Part shown: positions 50,829 through 59,877 of the stretch, in pieces
Numbering within the stretch: position 1 is the first letter of the stretch
Layout: every line of letters starts with the position of its first letter
DNA from: a virus
Lineage: Duplodnaviria; Caudoviricetes
DNA: 62,051 nt
Virus record (IMG/VR): IMGVR_UViG_3300030098_005428
Location: 1 to 62,051 of that record
Strand: one strand, 5' to 3'
Position numbers and translations under genes: made by a program
Notes under the pieces: generated by a model
The model's input: the letters and a program-made list of their open reading frames with translations, nothing else
The model's database searches: none
What the model was told of the DNA's origin: nothing

Positions 50829-53081
50829 TTATATACAATTTCTAAAGCATCCACCAAATTGTGTCATCCAACATGAATGATAGTATGTTGTCCATGATGT
50901 ACTAAATGTATATCCTGTGGTGTCTACGTCTAATAAAATTGTAGTATTATAATGTGTTGTTCTTGTTGTATTCCACGATGTTGAAGTGGATCTACTTGTT
51001 GATGTACTTTGTGAAGTATTAAATGTTGTAGTAGTACTCTTACTAGTATTATAATAAGTAGTTGTGCTTTTTGAAGTTGATGTTGATCTTGAAGTAGATG
51101 CACTAGTATTCCATGACGTTGTATACGTGGTTGTAAATGTTGTTGTGGTATTAAACGTTGTAGTTGTATTTTGACTTGTGTTAAATGTTGTTGTTCTTGA
51201 TGTTGCCCAAGTGGTTGTATAGGCAGTTGCGGTTGATTTAGTAGTTTCATATGTTGTTGTGGTATTAAACGTTGTTGTTGTATCATATGTTGTTGTAGTA
51301 TTAGTACTTGTATTATAATTTGTGGTAGTATTTTTGTTAGTTGACCAAGTTGTTGTATAAGCAGTTTGGGTTGTTGTGCTTGTGTTATATGTTGTAGATG
51401 TGGTTTTTGAAGTAGCGGTACTTCTAGTAGTAGCGGTTGCTGTGCTTGTGTTATATGTTGTTGTAGTATTTTTACTAGTTGATTTAGTTGTAGTATATTG
51501 TGTTGTTGTACTTTGTGAAGTATTAAATGTCGTTGTGGTGTTTTTACTAGTTTCCCAAGTAGTTGTATATGCCGTTGTGGTTGCAGTGGTTGTGTTATAT
51601 ACGGTGGTTGTATTTGTCGACGTATTATATGCTGTGTTTGTATTTTTAGAAGTAGACCAAGTTGTTGTAGTAGATTTACTAGTGCTAACAACAGTTGTTG
51701 TAGATGTATTATATGTAGTAGTGGTGTTAGTTGACGTATTAAACGTTGTAGTTGTATTCTTATTAGTAGACCAAGTTGTATTAAAAGTTGTGGTAGTTGC
51801 GGTCTGTGTATTATACGTTGTAGTAGTACTTTTAGATGTACTAGAAGTTTCGTTTGTAGATTTCGATGTAGACCAGGTTGTAGTAGTACTTTTACTCGTT
51901 GAGATTACCGTTGTAGTACTAGTATTATATGTGGTAGTTGTTGATTTACTAGTCTCGTATGTAGTGGTAGTATTAGTACTTGTGTTATAAGTTGTAGTTG
52001 TATTTTTATTAGTACTCCATGTTGTTACATAAGCTGTAGTAGTTGCAGTTTGTGTATTATAAGTTGTGGTAGTAGCTGTACTTGTGTTAAATGTGGTAGT
52101 TGTACTTTTTGACGTTTCCCACGTGGTTGTATATGTTGTGGTAGTAGCTGTCGATGTGTTAAAAGTAGTGGTAGTGCTTGTTGTTGTATTGTAAGCTGTC
52201 GATGTAGCTTTGCTGGTTGATACAACTGTATTTGTTGATTTATTTGTACTCCAAGTTGTTGTATACGCGGTTGTTGTATTAGTTGCAGTATTATATGTGG
52301 TTGTGGTAGCTCTACTGGTAGACACAACAGTGTTAGTTGTTGTACTAGTATTAAATGTTGTTGTTGTAGATTTACTTGTTGAAACTACAGTATTAGTAGA
52401 TTTATTTGTTGTTGTTGATGTATTAAATATTGTAGTTCTACTAGTATTCCATGTTGTAGTATATGTTGTTGTTGTGTTAGTACTAGTATTAAATGTTGTG
52501 GTTGTTGATTTATTTGTACTCCATGTTGTATTTGTTGACTTACTAGTTGTGGTGCTAGTGTTGTATGTTGTAGTGGTAGCTTTAGTTGTATTATATGTAG
52601 TTGTAGTATTTGTAGATGTATTATAAGCAGTACTTGTACTTCTAGTTGTACTAACCACTGTATTTGTAGATCTTTGGGTTGCTGTGCTAGTATTAAAAGC
52701 GGTGGTAGTATTAGTTGACGTATTATACGTAGTAGTAGTATCAGTTGATGTATTGTACGTAGTGGTAGTATTTTTACTTGTAGCCCAACTAGTAGAATAT
52801 GCCGTTGTAGTCGTTGTACTTGTATTAAACGCGGTTGTAGTATTAGTTGATGTATTAAAGGTAGTAGTTGTAGATTTACTAGTTGAAACAACTGTTGCTG
52901 TTGATTTCTGCGTAATAGTACTAGTATTAAAAGTTGTAGTAGTATTAGTTGATGTGTTATATGTTGTGGTAGTAGCCTTATTTGTAGACCAAGTTGTGTT
53001 TGTATTTTTACTTGTGGCTGTTGCTTTTGTTGTTGCTGTTACCCAATTATCTTTCTTTGAAAATCCTAGTAAATTCCTCAT
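50829..53081 (-). CDS. Thr-rich repeat protein A (750 aa), antiparallel partner of protein B
   Basis: Same repeat vocabulary as B; Cys-containing C-terminus. Confidence 0.85.
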   Translation of the reverse strand: MRNLLGFSKKDNWVTATTKATATSKNTNTTWSTNKATTTTYNTSTNTTTTFNTSTITQKSTATVVSTSKSTTTTFNTSTNTTTAFNTSTTTTTAYSTSWATSKNTTTTYNTSTDTTTTYNTSTNTTTAFNTSTATQRSTNTVVSTTRSTSTAYNTSTNTTTTYNTTKATTTTYNTSTTTSKSTNTTWSTNKSTTTTFNTSTNTTTTYTTTWNTSRTTIFNTSTTTNKSTNTVVSTSKSTTTTFNTSTTTNTVVSTSRATTTTYNTATNTTTAYTTTWSTNKSTNTVVSTSKATSTAYNTTTSTTTTFNTSTATTTTYTTTWETSKSTTTTFNTSTATTTTYNTQTATTTAYVTTWSTNKNTTTTYNTSTNTTTTYETSKSTTTTYNTSTTTVISTSKSTTTTWSTSKSTNETSSTSKSTTTTYNTQTATTTTFNTTWSTNKNTTTTFNTSTNTTTTYNTSTTTVVSTSKSTTTTWSTSKNTNTAYNTSTNTTTVYNTTTATTTAYTTTWETSKNTTTTFNTSQSTTTQYTTTKSTSKNTTTTYNTSTATATTRSTATSKTTSTTYNTSTTTQTAYTTTWSTNKNTTTNYNTSTNTTTTYDTTTTFNTTTTYETTKSTATAYTTTWATSRTTTFNTSQNTTTTFNTTTTFTTTYTTSWNTSASTSRSTSTSKSTTTYYNTSKSTTTTFNTSQSTSTSRSTSTSWNTTRTTHYNTTILLDVDTTGYTFSTSWTTYYHSCWMTQFGGCFRNCI

Positions 53082-53093
53082 ATCGTTTCATAA

Positions 53094-54923
53094 TTAAGCA
53101 AAGTTACCAACATAATTTACAAGAACTTTATCCGTAGCATGAACGTAATAAGAAATCATAGATATTGCGTTTGCGGTTGTTACAAAATTTACAGTTGCGC
53201 CGTCTGGCGTGAGCATATAACTTGGAAGTGCTACAAAGGACAAAGATCCAACACTTGAAGGATTAACAATTGTAATTGTACCAGATTGACCAACATTTTC
53301 AGATGCTACAGTTAATGCAATTGTTGTGGCTGCATTATTACACGCTATATTAAAGTTATCATTTAAACTTAAATCACAAGTGTGTGTATTACTTGATTCT
53401 GTCGCTGTTGTTATTGTTCTTCTTAAATTTTGCGTACACTTAATACTACCTGTTACATCTACATCACCACCAGCACTAACACCACCAGCAGAAGCTATTT
53501 GTAAATGTCCAGTTGGTGTACCATCACTATCATTTGCCCAAAAGTGTAATGTTTCGCTTGTGTCAAAGGCTATCATCCTTTTACCAGTCCAATCTAAGAA
53601 ACCTGGTTCTGATGTTGCTGTTCCAAAAAATATACCTTGATCGTCATTATTACCTTTTTGTGGAAATAATCTTAAACTACCTATTTGACTTGAATCACCT
53701 CTCCAGTGGCCAATTTCTTTACCGTCTAATGTAAATCCTATTTTAGTTGTATTTGCTTCGTTATTATAATCTGCTGCAATAGCAAGAGATCCAGCGCTAC
53801 TATTAGCTGTTAAATAAGAATCACCATTAGTATCTGAATCTGTAAAGTATAAAGTTGGCGCTACACCTTTTAAATGTAAATGACATTTATTAGGATTATA
53901 TTCAAAACCTCCAGTATCATCATGTAAATTACTAGATTCATCATGAAACACAACTGGATATTCATCGCATGTATCTTTGTCTGCGACTGTAACTTTTGAA
54001 GTTTCGCCTTCTATATTCGCCACTAATGTACCCACCGCATAACCAGTTCCACCTGTATTAACTGTTGTTGTTGGTGCTGCTTGTAAATCTTTAAATAATT
54101 TCCATTTACCTGAATCATTAGCGTCTCTAAATAAACCACTATACAGATCTTGTGATCCACTAGTATCATATAATCCATAAAATCCTATATCTACAGTATC
54201 AGATGAATTGTTACCACTTGCTAATATCATCAATGGATCTTCAACACTTAATGTTGCTGTGTTTACTGTTGTGGTATCACCGTTTACAGTGAGATCACCA
54301 CCTACCGTTAAATTATCGTTTATTGTTGTTTCTGAGGTCGAATGACCAATTGATATAGGTACACCTGAGGTAGCAGTACCTATAGTAATACCATTTGAGG
54401 TATTAGAATTGTCTATGTTAAATGATGTTGTTGCGTCTAATGATATTGTAGTTCCATCAACCGCAAATGTTCCATCAATATCTGTATTATCTAAATTAGT
54501 TGTGCCGTCTACATCTAAATCACCATTAAAATCAGCATTACCGGCTAACGTTAAAGTTGATGCCATATCTACAGCACCGTCTATGTCTACTGCATCTAAA
54601 TTAGAAGTTCCATCCACGTCTAAATCACCATTAAAATCAGCGTTACCAGATAGTGTTAAACCAACAAATGTAGGTGAATCACCCGTACCAATACCTAAAT
54701 CAACTGTATCAGTACCACCATCAACTTCTGTCATAGTTAAGACACCGGTGCTTGTATTAAACGCAATATTATTATATCCTTCTGATCCGTATGTAGAATG
54801 AATAAAATTACCTAATTTTTCTACTGTATAATTTTTCGTTAAAGTACCAGAAACATCAGTACCAATTACTCTATCACCAGCTTCAACGGTTGCATCGGTA
54901 TCATATACACTAAGTCTTGCCAT
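53094..54923 (-). CDS. Tail fibre protein
   Basis: G/T/D-rich beta repeats (GNADFNGDLDVDGT x2, LTVGGDLTVNG); start likely MARLS. Confidence 0.7.
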   Translation of the reverse strand: MARLSVYDTDATVEAGDRVIGTDVSGTLTKNYTVEKLGNFIHSTYGSEGYNNIAFNTSTGVLTMTEVDGGTDTVDLGIGTGDSPTFVGLTLSGNADFNGDLDVDGTSNLDAVDIDGAVDMASTLTLAGNADFNGDLDVDGTTNLDNTDIDGTFAVDGTTISLDATTSFNIDNSNTSNGITIGTATSGVPISIGHSTSETTINDNLTVGGDLTVNGDTTTVNTATLSVEDPLMILASGNNSSDTVDIGFYGLYDTSGSQDLYSGLFRDANDSGKWKLFKDLQAAPTTTVNTGGTGYAVGTLVANIEGETSKVTVADKDTCDEYPVVFHDESSNLHDDTGGFEYNPNKCHLHLKGVAPTLYFTDSDTNGDSYLTANSSAGSLAIAADYNNEANTTKIGFTLDGKEIGHWRGDSSQIGSLRLFPQKGNNDDQGIFFGTATSEPGFLDWTGKRMIAFDTSETLHFWANDSDGTPTGHLQIASAGGVSAGGDVDVTGSIKCTQNLRRTITTATESSNTHTCDLSLNDNFNIACNNAATTIALTVASENVGQSGTITIVNPSSVGSLSFVALPSYMLTPDGATVNFVTTANAISMISYYVHATDKVLVNYVGNFA

Positions 54924-54924
54924 G

Positions 54925-55332
54925 TCATTTCTTTTTAAATTGATTAAACTTTTCAACGCTTCGTCCGCCGAAATAGGCCCCGATGGTAGTCATTAAAACT
55001 AACTGAAGTAAATCTGTCCATTTTTGCTCAACGTTGAATGTTATTGAACCACTATCAATAAACACCATGATTACAGTAGATATAATTAAAAAGATTAAAA
55101 CCAGTGGACGTACTGATCTTGTTAAAAAGTTACCATGTTCTAGATCTGCTTTCCATCTATCGGTAACATTTTTCTGCATTGCTGCCTCAGCATCAAGAAA
55201 AATTTGTTCCATATCTTTTTGAAACGCTCTCTTCTCATCGCCTGTTGTTATAAATTTATCGGCGACGCCGGATAGTTTTTGTAATACACTACCTCCGGCA
55301 TTGCCAAATATTTTTCCTAAAATTTTACTCAT
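54925..55332 (-). CDS. Holin (3TM/GTA-holin-like)
   Basis: DKFITT..EK, RW.AD, VRP, AYFGGRS.EK. Confidence 0.75.
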   Translation of the reverse strand: MSKILGKIFGNAGGSVLQKLSGVADKFITTGDEKRAFQKDMEQIFLDAEAAMQKNVTDRWKADLEHGNFLTRSVRPLVLIFLIISTVIMVFIDSGSITFNVEQKWTDLLQLVLMTTIGAYFGGRSVEKFNQFKKK

Positions 55333-55694
55333 TATCCTTTAGTCCAGTATCCATATTCAAGTACAGCTGTACTAGCAGCTGACTTAGCTCTAACACCTTT
55401 TGTACCTTTCACTGGAAAGAAACAAAATTCTCCAGGGCTTAAATCTGCAAACGCTTTAGCATCTGCTGTTTGTTCTAAAACAACCGTTTGACTTGAATCA
55501 GTGTTTTTAGCATATAAATATACTATAGCTGAACTGCCTGTGCCAACTAAATCCGTTGTACTTGTTGTTAATGTTATTCTAGCCACGTCAATCATAGGTG
55601 TTTCTACTGTTAAGCTATCAGTTACTGATATACTTAACGAATCTGTTGACGTATCTGTACTTACTAATGTTAATGTTGGGGTTAATGTTGCCAT
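55332..55694 (-). CDS. Hypothetical beta-rich structural protein
   Basis: YLYAKNTD, LSPGEFCFFP. Confidence 0.6.
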   Translation of the reverse strand: MATLTPTLTLVSTDTSTDSLSISVTDSLTVETPMIDVARITLTTSTTDLVGTGSSAIVYLYAKNTDSSQTVVLEQTADAKAFADLSPGEFCFFPVKGTKGVRAKSAASTAVLEYGYWTKG

Positions 55695-55695
55695 A

Positions 55696-56136
55696 TTATC
55701 TTTCTTTGTCTTTAATCATATCATCAATAGATTTGTTATAAACCTTATCAGTATATGATTTATTATTATAAAATACACTTCTTTCTGAAGTGGGTAAATC
55801 TTCCTCACCTAATAAAATTCTATATATTCTACTTATGAGTTGACTACATTTAAATGATGTTTTAAAAATACTATATTTAATTGTAGTTCTGTTTCGGTGT
55901 CTCCACGCTTCTATCCAACCATTTCTTCTTAATCTTTCCCACCTGTTTTTATCCCATGAGTATGTATATACCCCATCAATAAAATCATTACGTGTGAATT
56001 TTCCTTTACAATCTAAATATATAAGTAATTCTAGATCCGCGTCTTTTAATTCATAAGTTTTACAGGCCCACTTTCGTACGAGCCTGTAATACTTAAGAAT
56101 TTTCAGTTCGCGAATATCGCTAGCCGATAACTTCAT
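55696..56136 (-). CDS. Hypothetical protein (possible winged-helix DNA binding)
   Basis: L..ADLELL.YL...L...GWI pattern. Confidence 0.5.
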   Translation of the reverse strand: MKLSASDIRELKILKYYRLVRKWACKTYELKDADLELLIYLDCKGKFTRNDFIDGVYTYSWDKNRWERLRRNGWIEAWRHRNRTTIKYSIFKTSFKCSQLISRIYRILLGEEDLPTSERSVFYNNKSYTDKVYNKSIDDMIKDKER

Positions 56137-56492
56137 TAAGAAGCATCAACGATTGCGATAGATGCGCATGCTGTAACGTGTGCACTAGCATATTTGCTAT
56201 TCACCTCGTCAGCTATTACTATAAATGGATCACCATTTGGGTGAGCATTTATTGCAGCTGTGATGTCTTGTAAAGCTTCTTTGTATTTTCCAGAAGCAAT
56301 AGTAAGAACAGCGTGAGCTGCATCAATACCTGAATCAGCATCATTTTCTTGACTTGACTCAAAGTAAACTCTAAGTGAAGTTGCTGACGCCATCTCAAAG
56401 TGAGATAGTTGAGCTACAGGAAACATAACTACTTGTTCAGTACTTGCTGTTCCATCTGGAGCCGCAGCTGCGAAATATAACATTTTATCCAT
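56136..56492 (-). CDS. Hypothetical protein
   Basis: 118 aa Ala-rich ORF. Confidence 0.6.
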   Translation of the reverse strand: MDKMLYFAAAAPDGTASTEQVVMFPVAQLSHFEMASATSLRVYFESSQENDADSGIDAAHAVLTIASGKYKEALQDITAAINAHPNGDPFIVIADEVNSKYASAHVTACASIAIVDAS

Positions 56493-56553
56493 TGTCTTAT
56501 ATTTTAATTGTTAAACATATTTAGTATAAAGTATATAGTTTAAGGGTTGCGGT

Positions 56554-56811
56554 TTAGTCTATTAACACCACATCACCGACTTTGATGACATAGTATAATA
56601 TTTCTTTATGTTGTATACTGTGACCAGCGTGCTTATCATAATATACAACATCATTTTCTTTTATGCCTTCCACTAAATTACCTATACTGAATACTTTAGC
56701 TTTAACGTATCTATTATCTTCATCTACGTTATCCATAATATCTAAACCAGCTATTTTCTTTGGTTTTTCCTTTATGTTTTCTACTACAAGATAATAATTA
56801 ACTGCTTTCAT
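56554..56811 (-). CDS. groES: Co-chaperonin GroES
   Basis: 85 aa coupled to groEL; AGL mobile loop, V.SIG, D.VYYDKHAG. Confidence 0.8.
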   Translation of the reverse strand: MKAVNYYLVVENIKEKPKKIAGLDIMDNVDEDNRYVKAKVFSIGNLVEGIKENDVVYYDKHAGHSIQHKEILYYVIKVGDVVLID

Positions 56812-58381
56812 TCTTATTAACTCTTACGTTAGAAATAACACAATCTGCTGAGATAATAGTGTTTACTACACTCACAGCATTTTGTAATGCAGTTTTTGTA
56901 ACTAAGACGGGGTCTACGATTCCAGCTTTAACCATGTCGACTTGATTACCAGAGATTACATTAAAACCAACACCTTTAGTGGTAGGTGTTTCGTAGTTTT
57001 CAATACCAGCATTTTCCATAATAGTTTTAAATGGAGATTTTATGGACTTTACTAATATTTTCTCCCCCATATTTTTGGGTTTTATATTACTAGCCGCATT
57101 TAATAAAGCTATTCCACCACCAGGTACAATACCTTCTTTTAATGCTGCTTTAGTAGCGTAAATTGCATCTTCAACCCTATCTTTTTTTTCTTTCAATTCT
57201 ACTTTAGAATGTGCACCCACTTTAATCATCCCCACAGATCCGGATAACATGCCTAATCTTTCTTCTATCTTACTTTTAATAAAAGTATTTCCTTCTTTTT
57301 TAATTGCTTTTTTAACTTCTTTAATCCTATCTTGTAATTCTTTCACATTTTTATCAACTGTTAATACAGTATGTGAATCATCTGTTACTGCTGTTTTAGC
57401 ATAACCAAGTACATCTGGTTGTATTAAATCCAAATCATCACCTAATTCTTCATTTAATACTTTTGCTCCTGTTAATATACCTAAATCTTCCATGGTATCT
57501 TTTTTGGTTGGACCAAAGCCAGGTGGATCAATAATATTAATTTCAATATTACCTTTTACTTTATTCATTAATAATGCGGATTTTGCTTGTTGTTCTATAT
57601 CCGCTATAATTAATAAACTTCTTCTATTCTTTATAACATATTCAAGTATGTTTTGTATTTTCCTTACACTAGGTATTTTAGAATCTACAATAAGAACACA
57701 TGGTTCTTCAAGAACAGATCTATTTTTATCTTTATCGGTTACAAAATGAGGTGAAGTTAATCCTGATTCGAATTTTACTCCATCTACTATATCAGCATAC
57801 GTTTCACCAGTATCTGATTCTTCCATTAATACTACACCATCTTTACCTACTTTTTCGTAAGCTTCTGATATAATTTTTCCAAGCTCGTTATCGTTATTGC
57901 AAGATATTGAGCTGACGTGTTCCAAAAGATCTCCTTCAACTTTAATACTGGTTTTATCAAGATATTTCTTAATTTTTGCCAAACCTGAATTAATGCCTTC
58001 TTTGATTTCTCTAATAGAACACTTATTTTCTTTAATATTTTTCTCATTCAATACATTTTTTAATAATGCTTCTGCTAGTACGATTGCTGTTGTTGTACCA
58101 TCACCTGCTTCTTTTACTGTTTTTTGAGATGCTTCTTTGATTAATGTCGCTCCCATGTTTTCAACCGGATCATATAAGACAACCGATTCAGCTACGGTTA
58201 CACCGTCTTTTGTAATCACCGGTTTGCCCATGGCATCTTCGTATATTACGCATTTACCAGAGGCACCTAGGGTGGATTTGACTGCCTCAGCAAGTTTATC
58301 CACACCTAAAATTATCCTCTTTTTAGCATTGTCGCTAAAATTTAAATCTTTAACGATTTGACTAGGGTTATTATATTCCAT
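56798..58381 (-). CDS. groEL: Chaperonin GroEL
   Basis: TLGASG, ITKDGVTVA, AGDGTTTA, PGFG, EKKDRVEDA, GIVPGGG, GIVDP. Confidence 0.95.
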   Translation of the reverse strand: MEYNNPSQIVKDLNFSDNAKKRIILGVDKLAEAVKSTLGASGKCVIYEDAMGKPVITKDGVTVAESVVLYDPVENMGATLIKEASQKTVKEAGDGTTTAIVLAEALLKNVLNEKNIKENKCSIREIKEGINSGLAKIKKYLDKTSIKVEGDLLEHVSSISCNNDNELGKIISEAYEKVGKDGVVLMEESDTGETYADIVDGVKFESGLTSPHFVTDKDKNRSVLEEPCVLIVDSKIPSVRKIQNILEYVIKNRRSLLIIADIEQQAKSALLMNKVKGNIEINIIDPPGFGPTKKDTMEDLGILTGAKVLNEELGDDLDLIQPDVLGYAKTAVTDDSHTVLTVDKNVKELQDRIKEVKKAIKKEGNTFIKSKIEERLGMLSGSVGMIKVGAHSKVELKEKKDRVEDAIYATKAALKEGIVPGGGIALLNAASNIKPKNMGEKILVKSIKSPFKTIMENAGIENYETPTTKGVGFNVISGNQVDMVKAGIVDPVLVTKTALQNAVSVVNTIISADCVISNVRVNKNESS

Positions 58382-58404
58382 TTAATTAAATTTAAAGTTA
58401 TTAG

Positions 58405-58719
58405 TTATTTAAACGTTTTAACAATCTTTGGACCTTTTATAAAGTCTATGCGTTTTGCATAATGCTCTACACTACCATCAATGGCAGATTCAGCACTCTC
58501 AATTGTTTCACGTCTTGTAACATCATACCAGTCATCATTTTTTTCGATGTCTCGGTATTCAGTTTGATAGTATCCATTTGGTAACTGGACTATTCTCCAG
58601 TTCTTTTTATCTGCAAGATGTTTCCATAATTCTACAGTTTCATCTTCGGTTTTTGTTTTCTGGATATATTGTGGTTGACCATTCCACGTATTCGTCGTCT
58701 TGTAATAAAAATACGTCAT
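58405..58719 (-). CDS. Hypothetical protein
   Basis: WRIVQLPNGYYQTE; clean ORF. Confidence 0.65.
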   Translation of the reverse strand: MTYFYYKTTNTWNGQPQYIQKTKTEDETVELWKHLADKKNWRIVQLPNGYYQTEYRDIEKNDDWYDVTRRETIESAESAIDGSVEHYAKRIDFIKGPKIVKTFK

Positions 58720-58786
58720 AATTTTGGTATTTATTGGTTAAACATCTGTGAACTAGTCACATTATCTTGGTTTCATCAATTTTTTT

Positions 58787-59011
58787 TTAAATGCTATCTT
58801 TAGCTATTTTTAAGCTATCAAATTTAGCATCAATTTTAGCTTTCTTCTCTGTCCATCTGATTTCTCTATATTTTCTTATAGAATCAGGGTGTAACATTTT
58901 TATGGTATCTTCTTTCTTAATCTTTCTTTCCCATTTTCCTTGTTTTTTAAAATCACACCCCATAAAATGTAGTGCTAATAGTGTATATATTAAGTATGTT
59001 AGTAATTTCAT
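58787..59011 (-). CDS. Putative lipoprotein
   Basis: Hydrophobic N-terminus ending FMGC. Confidence 0.5.
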   Translation of the reverse strand: MKLLTYLIYTLLALHFMGCDFKKQGKWERKIKKEDTIKMLHPDSIRKYREIRWTEKKAKIDAKFDSLKIAKDSI

Positions 59012-59250
59012 CTTTTTTTCTCGTTTTTAGTTCCTTTTCCATAGTTGCCTCTGTTTTTTTTAACTTTGACAAACTTTTTTTTCTTGTGATCGTAGTCTTT
59101 TCCTTTAATATTACGACCTGCTTTTTTTGCGGCACGTCTCAAGCGTTGATTTTCAGCCTTTTTTTCCCTTCTATCTTTACGCATTGCTCTTCTTTTGTCT
59201 CTTATAGACTTTTGTCGCGCTGCGGTTGGGGTTAAATTTTGTTGTGCCAC
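59008..59250 (-). CDS. Small basic protein (DYDH...NRG, HNH-remnant-like)
   Basis: K/R-rich; GKDYDH..NRG. Confidence 0.5.
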   Translation of the reverse strand: MAQQNLTPTAARQKSIRDKRRAMRKDRREKKAENQRLRRAAKKAGRNIKGKDYDHKKKKFVKVKKNRGNYGKGTKNEKKR

Positions 59251-59255
59251 TACTT

Positions 59256-59876
59256 TTATTTAAAACTTCTTTTAAAAGCACTTCTAATTGACTTTCTTGC
59301 CCTTCTTGTAACGTCTCTAATAGCTTTTATACCACCATATGATGCTTTTCTCTTAGCATACTCTGATTTAAAGTACTTATCTATCCCTAATTTCTTTCTT
59401 TCTCTTAATTTTGCACCAAAAGTTTTCTCAAACTCCCTCATTAAGCGTATTCTATTTGCTTTTTTTGTGGAGCTTCGAAGCTTGTTGGCCATAAGATCAC
59501 GTTTTTTAGATAATCTATTAAATTTATTTGCGCCAATTTCTCTATAATTTAAACCGGCTTCTCTTACTTCATCTTTTTCAATTAAAGGCGCTAAGTAGTT
59601 ATCAAGCTTTCCTTGCTTCTTTTGTAGTTTACCTTCTCTTCGTTTTGCTCTTACTTCAAACGTTAACTTAGGACTTTTCCATGTATTTGATATTTTATCA
59701 TAATATTGACCACTGCCTCTTTCTCTACCACTCATTGTTATACTTTTTCCTGGATTTTTGGCTCTTCTAGCTTCTCTATCACTCCTATTAGCTTTTCTAG
59801 TTTTTCTTCTTGCAGCTCTAAATCCTTTTTTTAAAAGCTTTCTTTGTTCTCTTTCTTTTTTTTGTTTTTGTGCCAT
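59256..59876 (-). CDS. Highly basic hypothetical protein
   Basis: K/R-rich; start likely MAQKQ. Confidence 0.55.
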   Translation of the reverse strand: MAQKQKKEREQRKLLKKGFRAARRKTRKANRSDREARRAKNPGKSITMSGRERGSGQYYDKISNTWKSPKLTFEVRAKRREGKLQKKQGKLDNYLAPLIEKDEVREAGLNYREIGANKFNRLSKKRDLMANKLRSSTKKANRIRLMREFEKTFGAKLRERKKLGIDKYFKSEYAKRKASYGGIKAIRDVTRRARKSIRSAFKRSFK

Positions 59877-59877
59877 A

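Noticed and set aside
47471-53081. DNA inverted duplication or simple tandem repeat as the cause of A/B complementarity
   Set aside because: Both genes lie on the same strand with varied codons; reverse-complementing A gives Val-rich sequence, not B.
47471-53081. Ice-nucleation protein (InaZ) or mucin call
   Set aside because: No AGYGST-type repeats, Gly turns, Pro-richness or export signal; ice binding is kept only as a testable side hypothesis.
47682-53097. Val-rich + strand ORFs and Leu/Gln-rich alternate-frame ORFs over the Thr-rich genes
   Set aside because: Shadows of ACN-codon repeats; fragmented, whereas the Thr frames are continuous and coupled to their neighbours.
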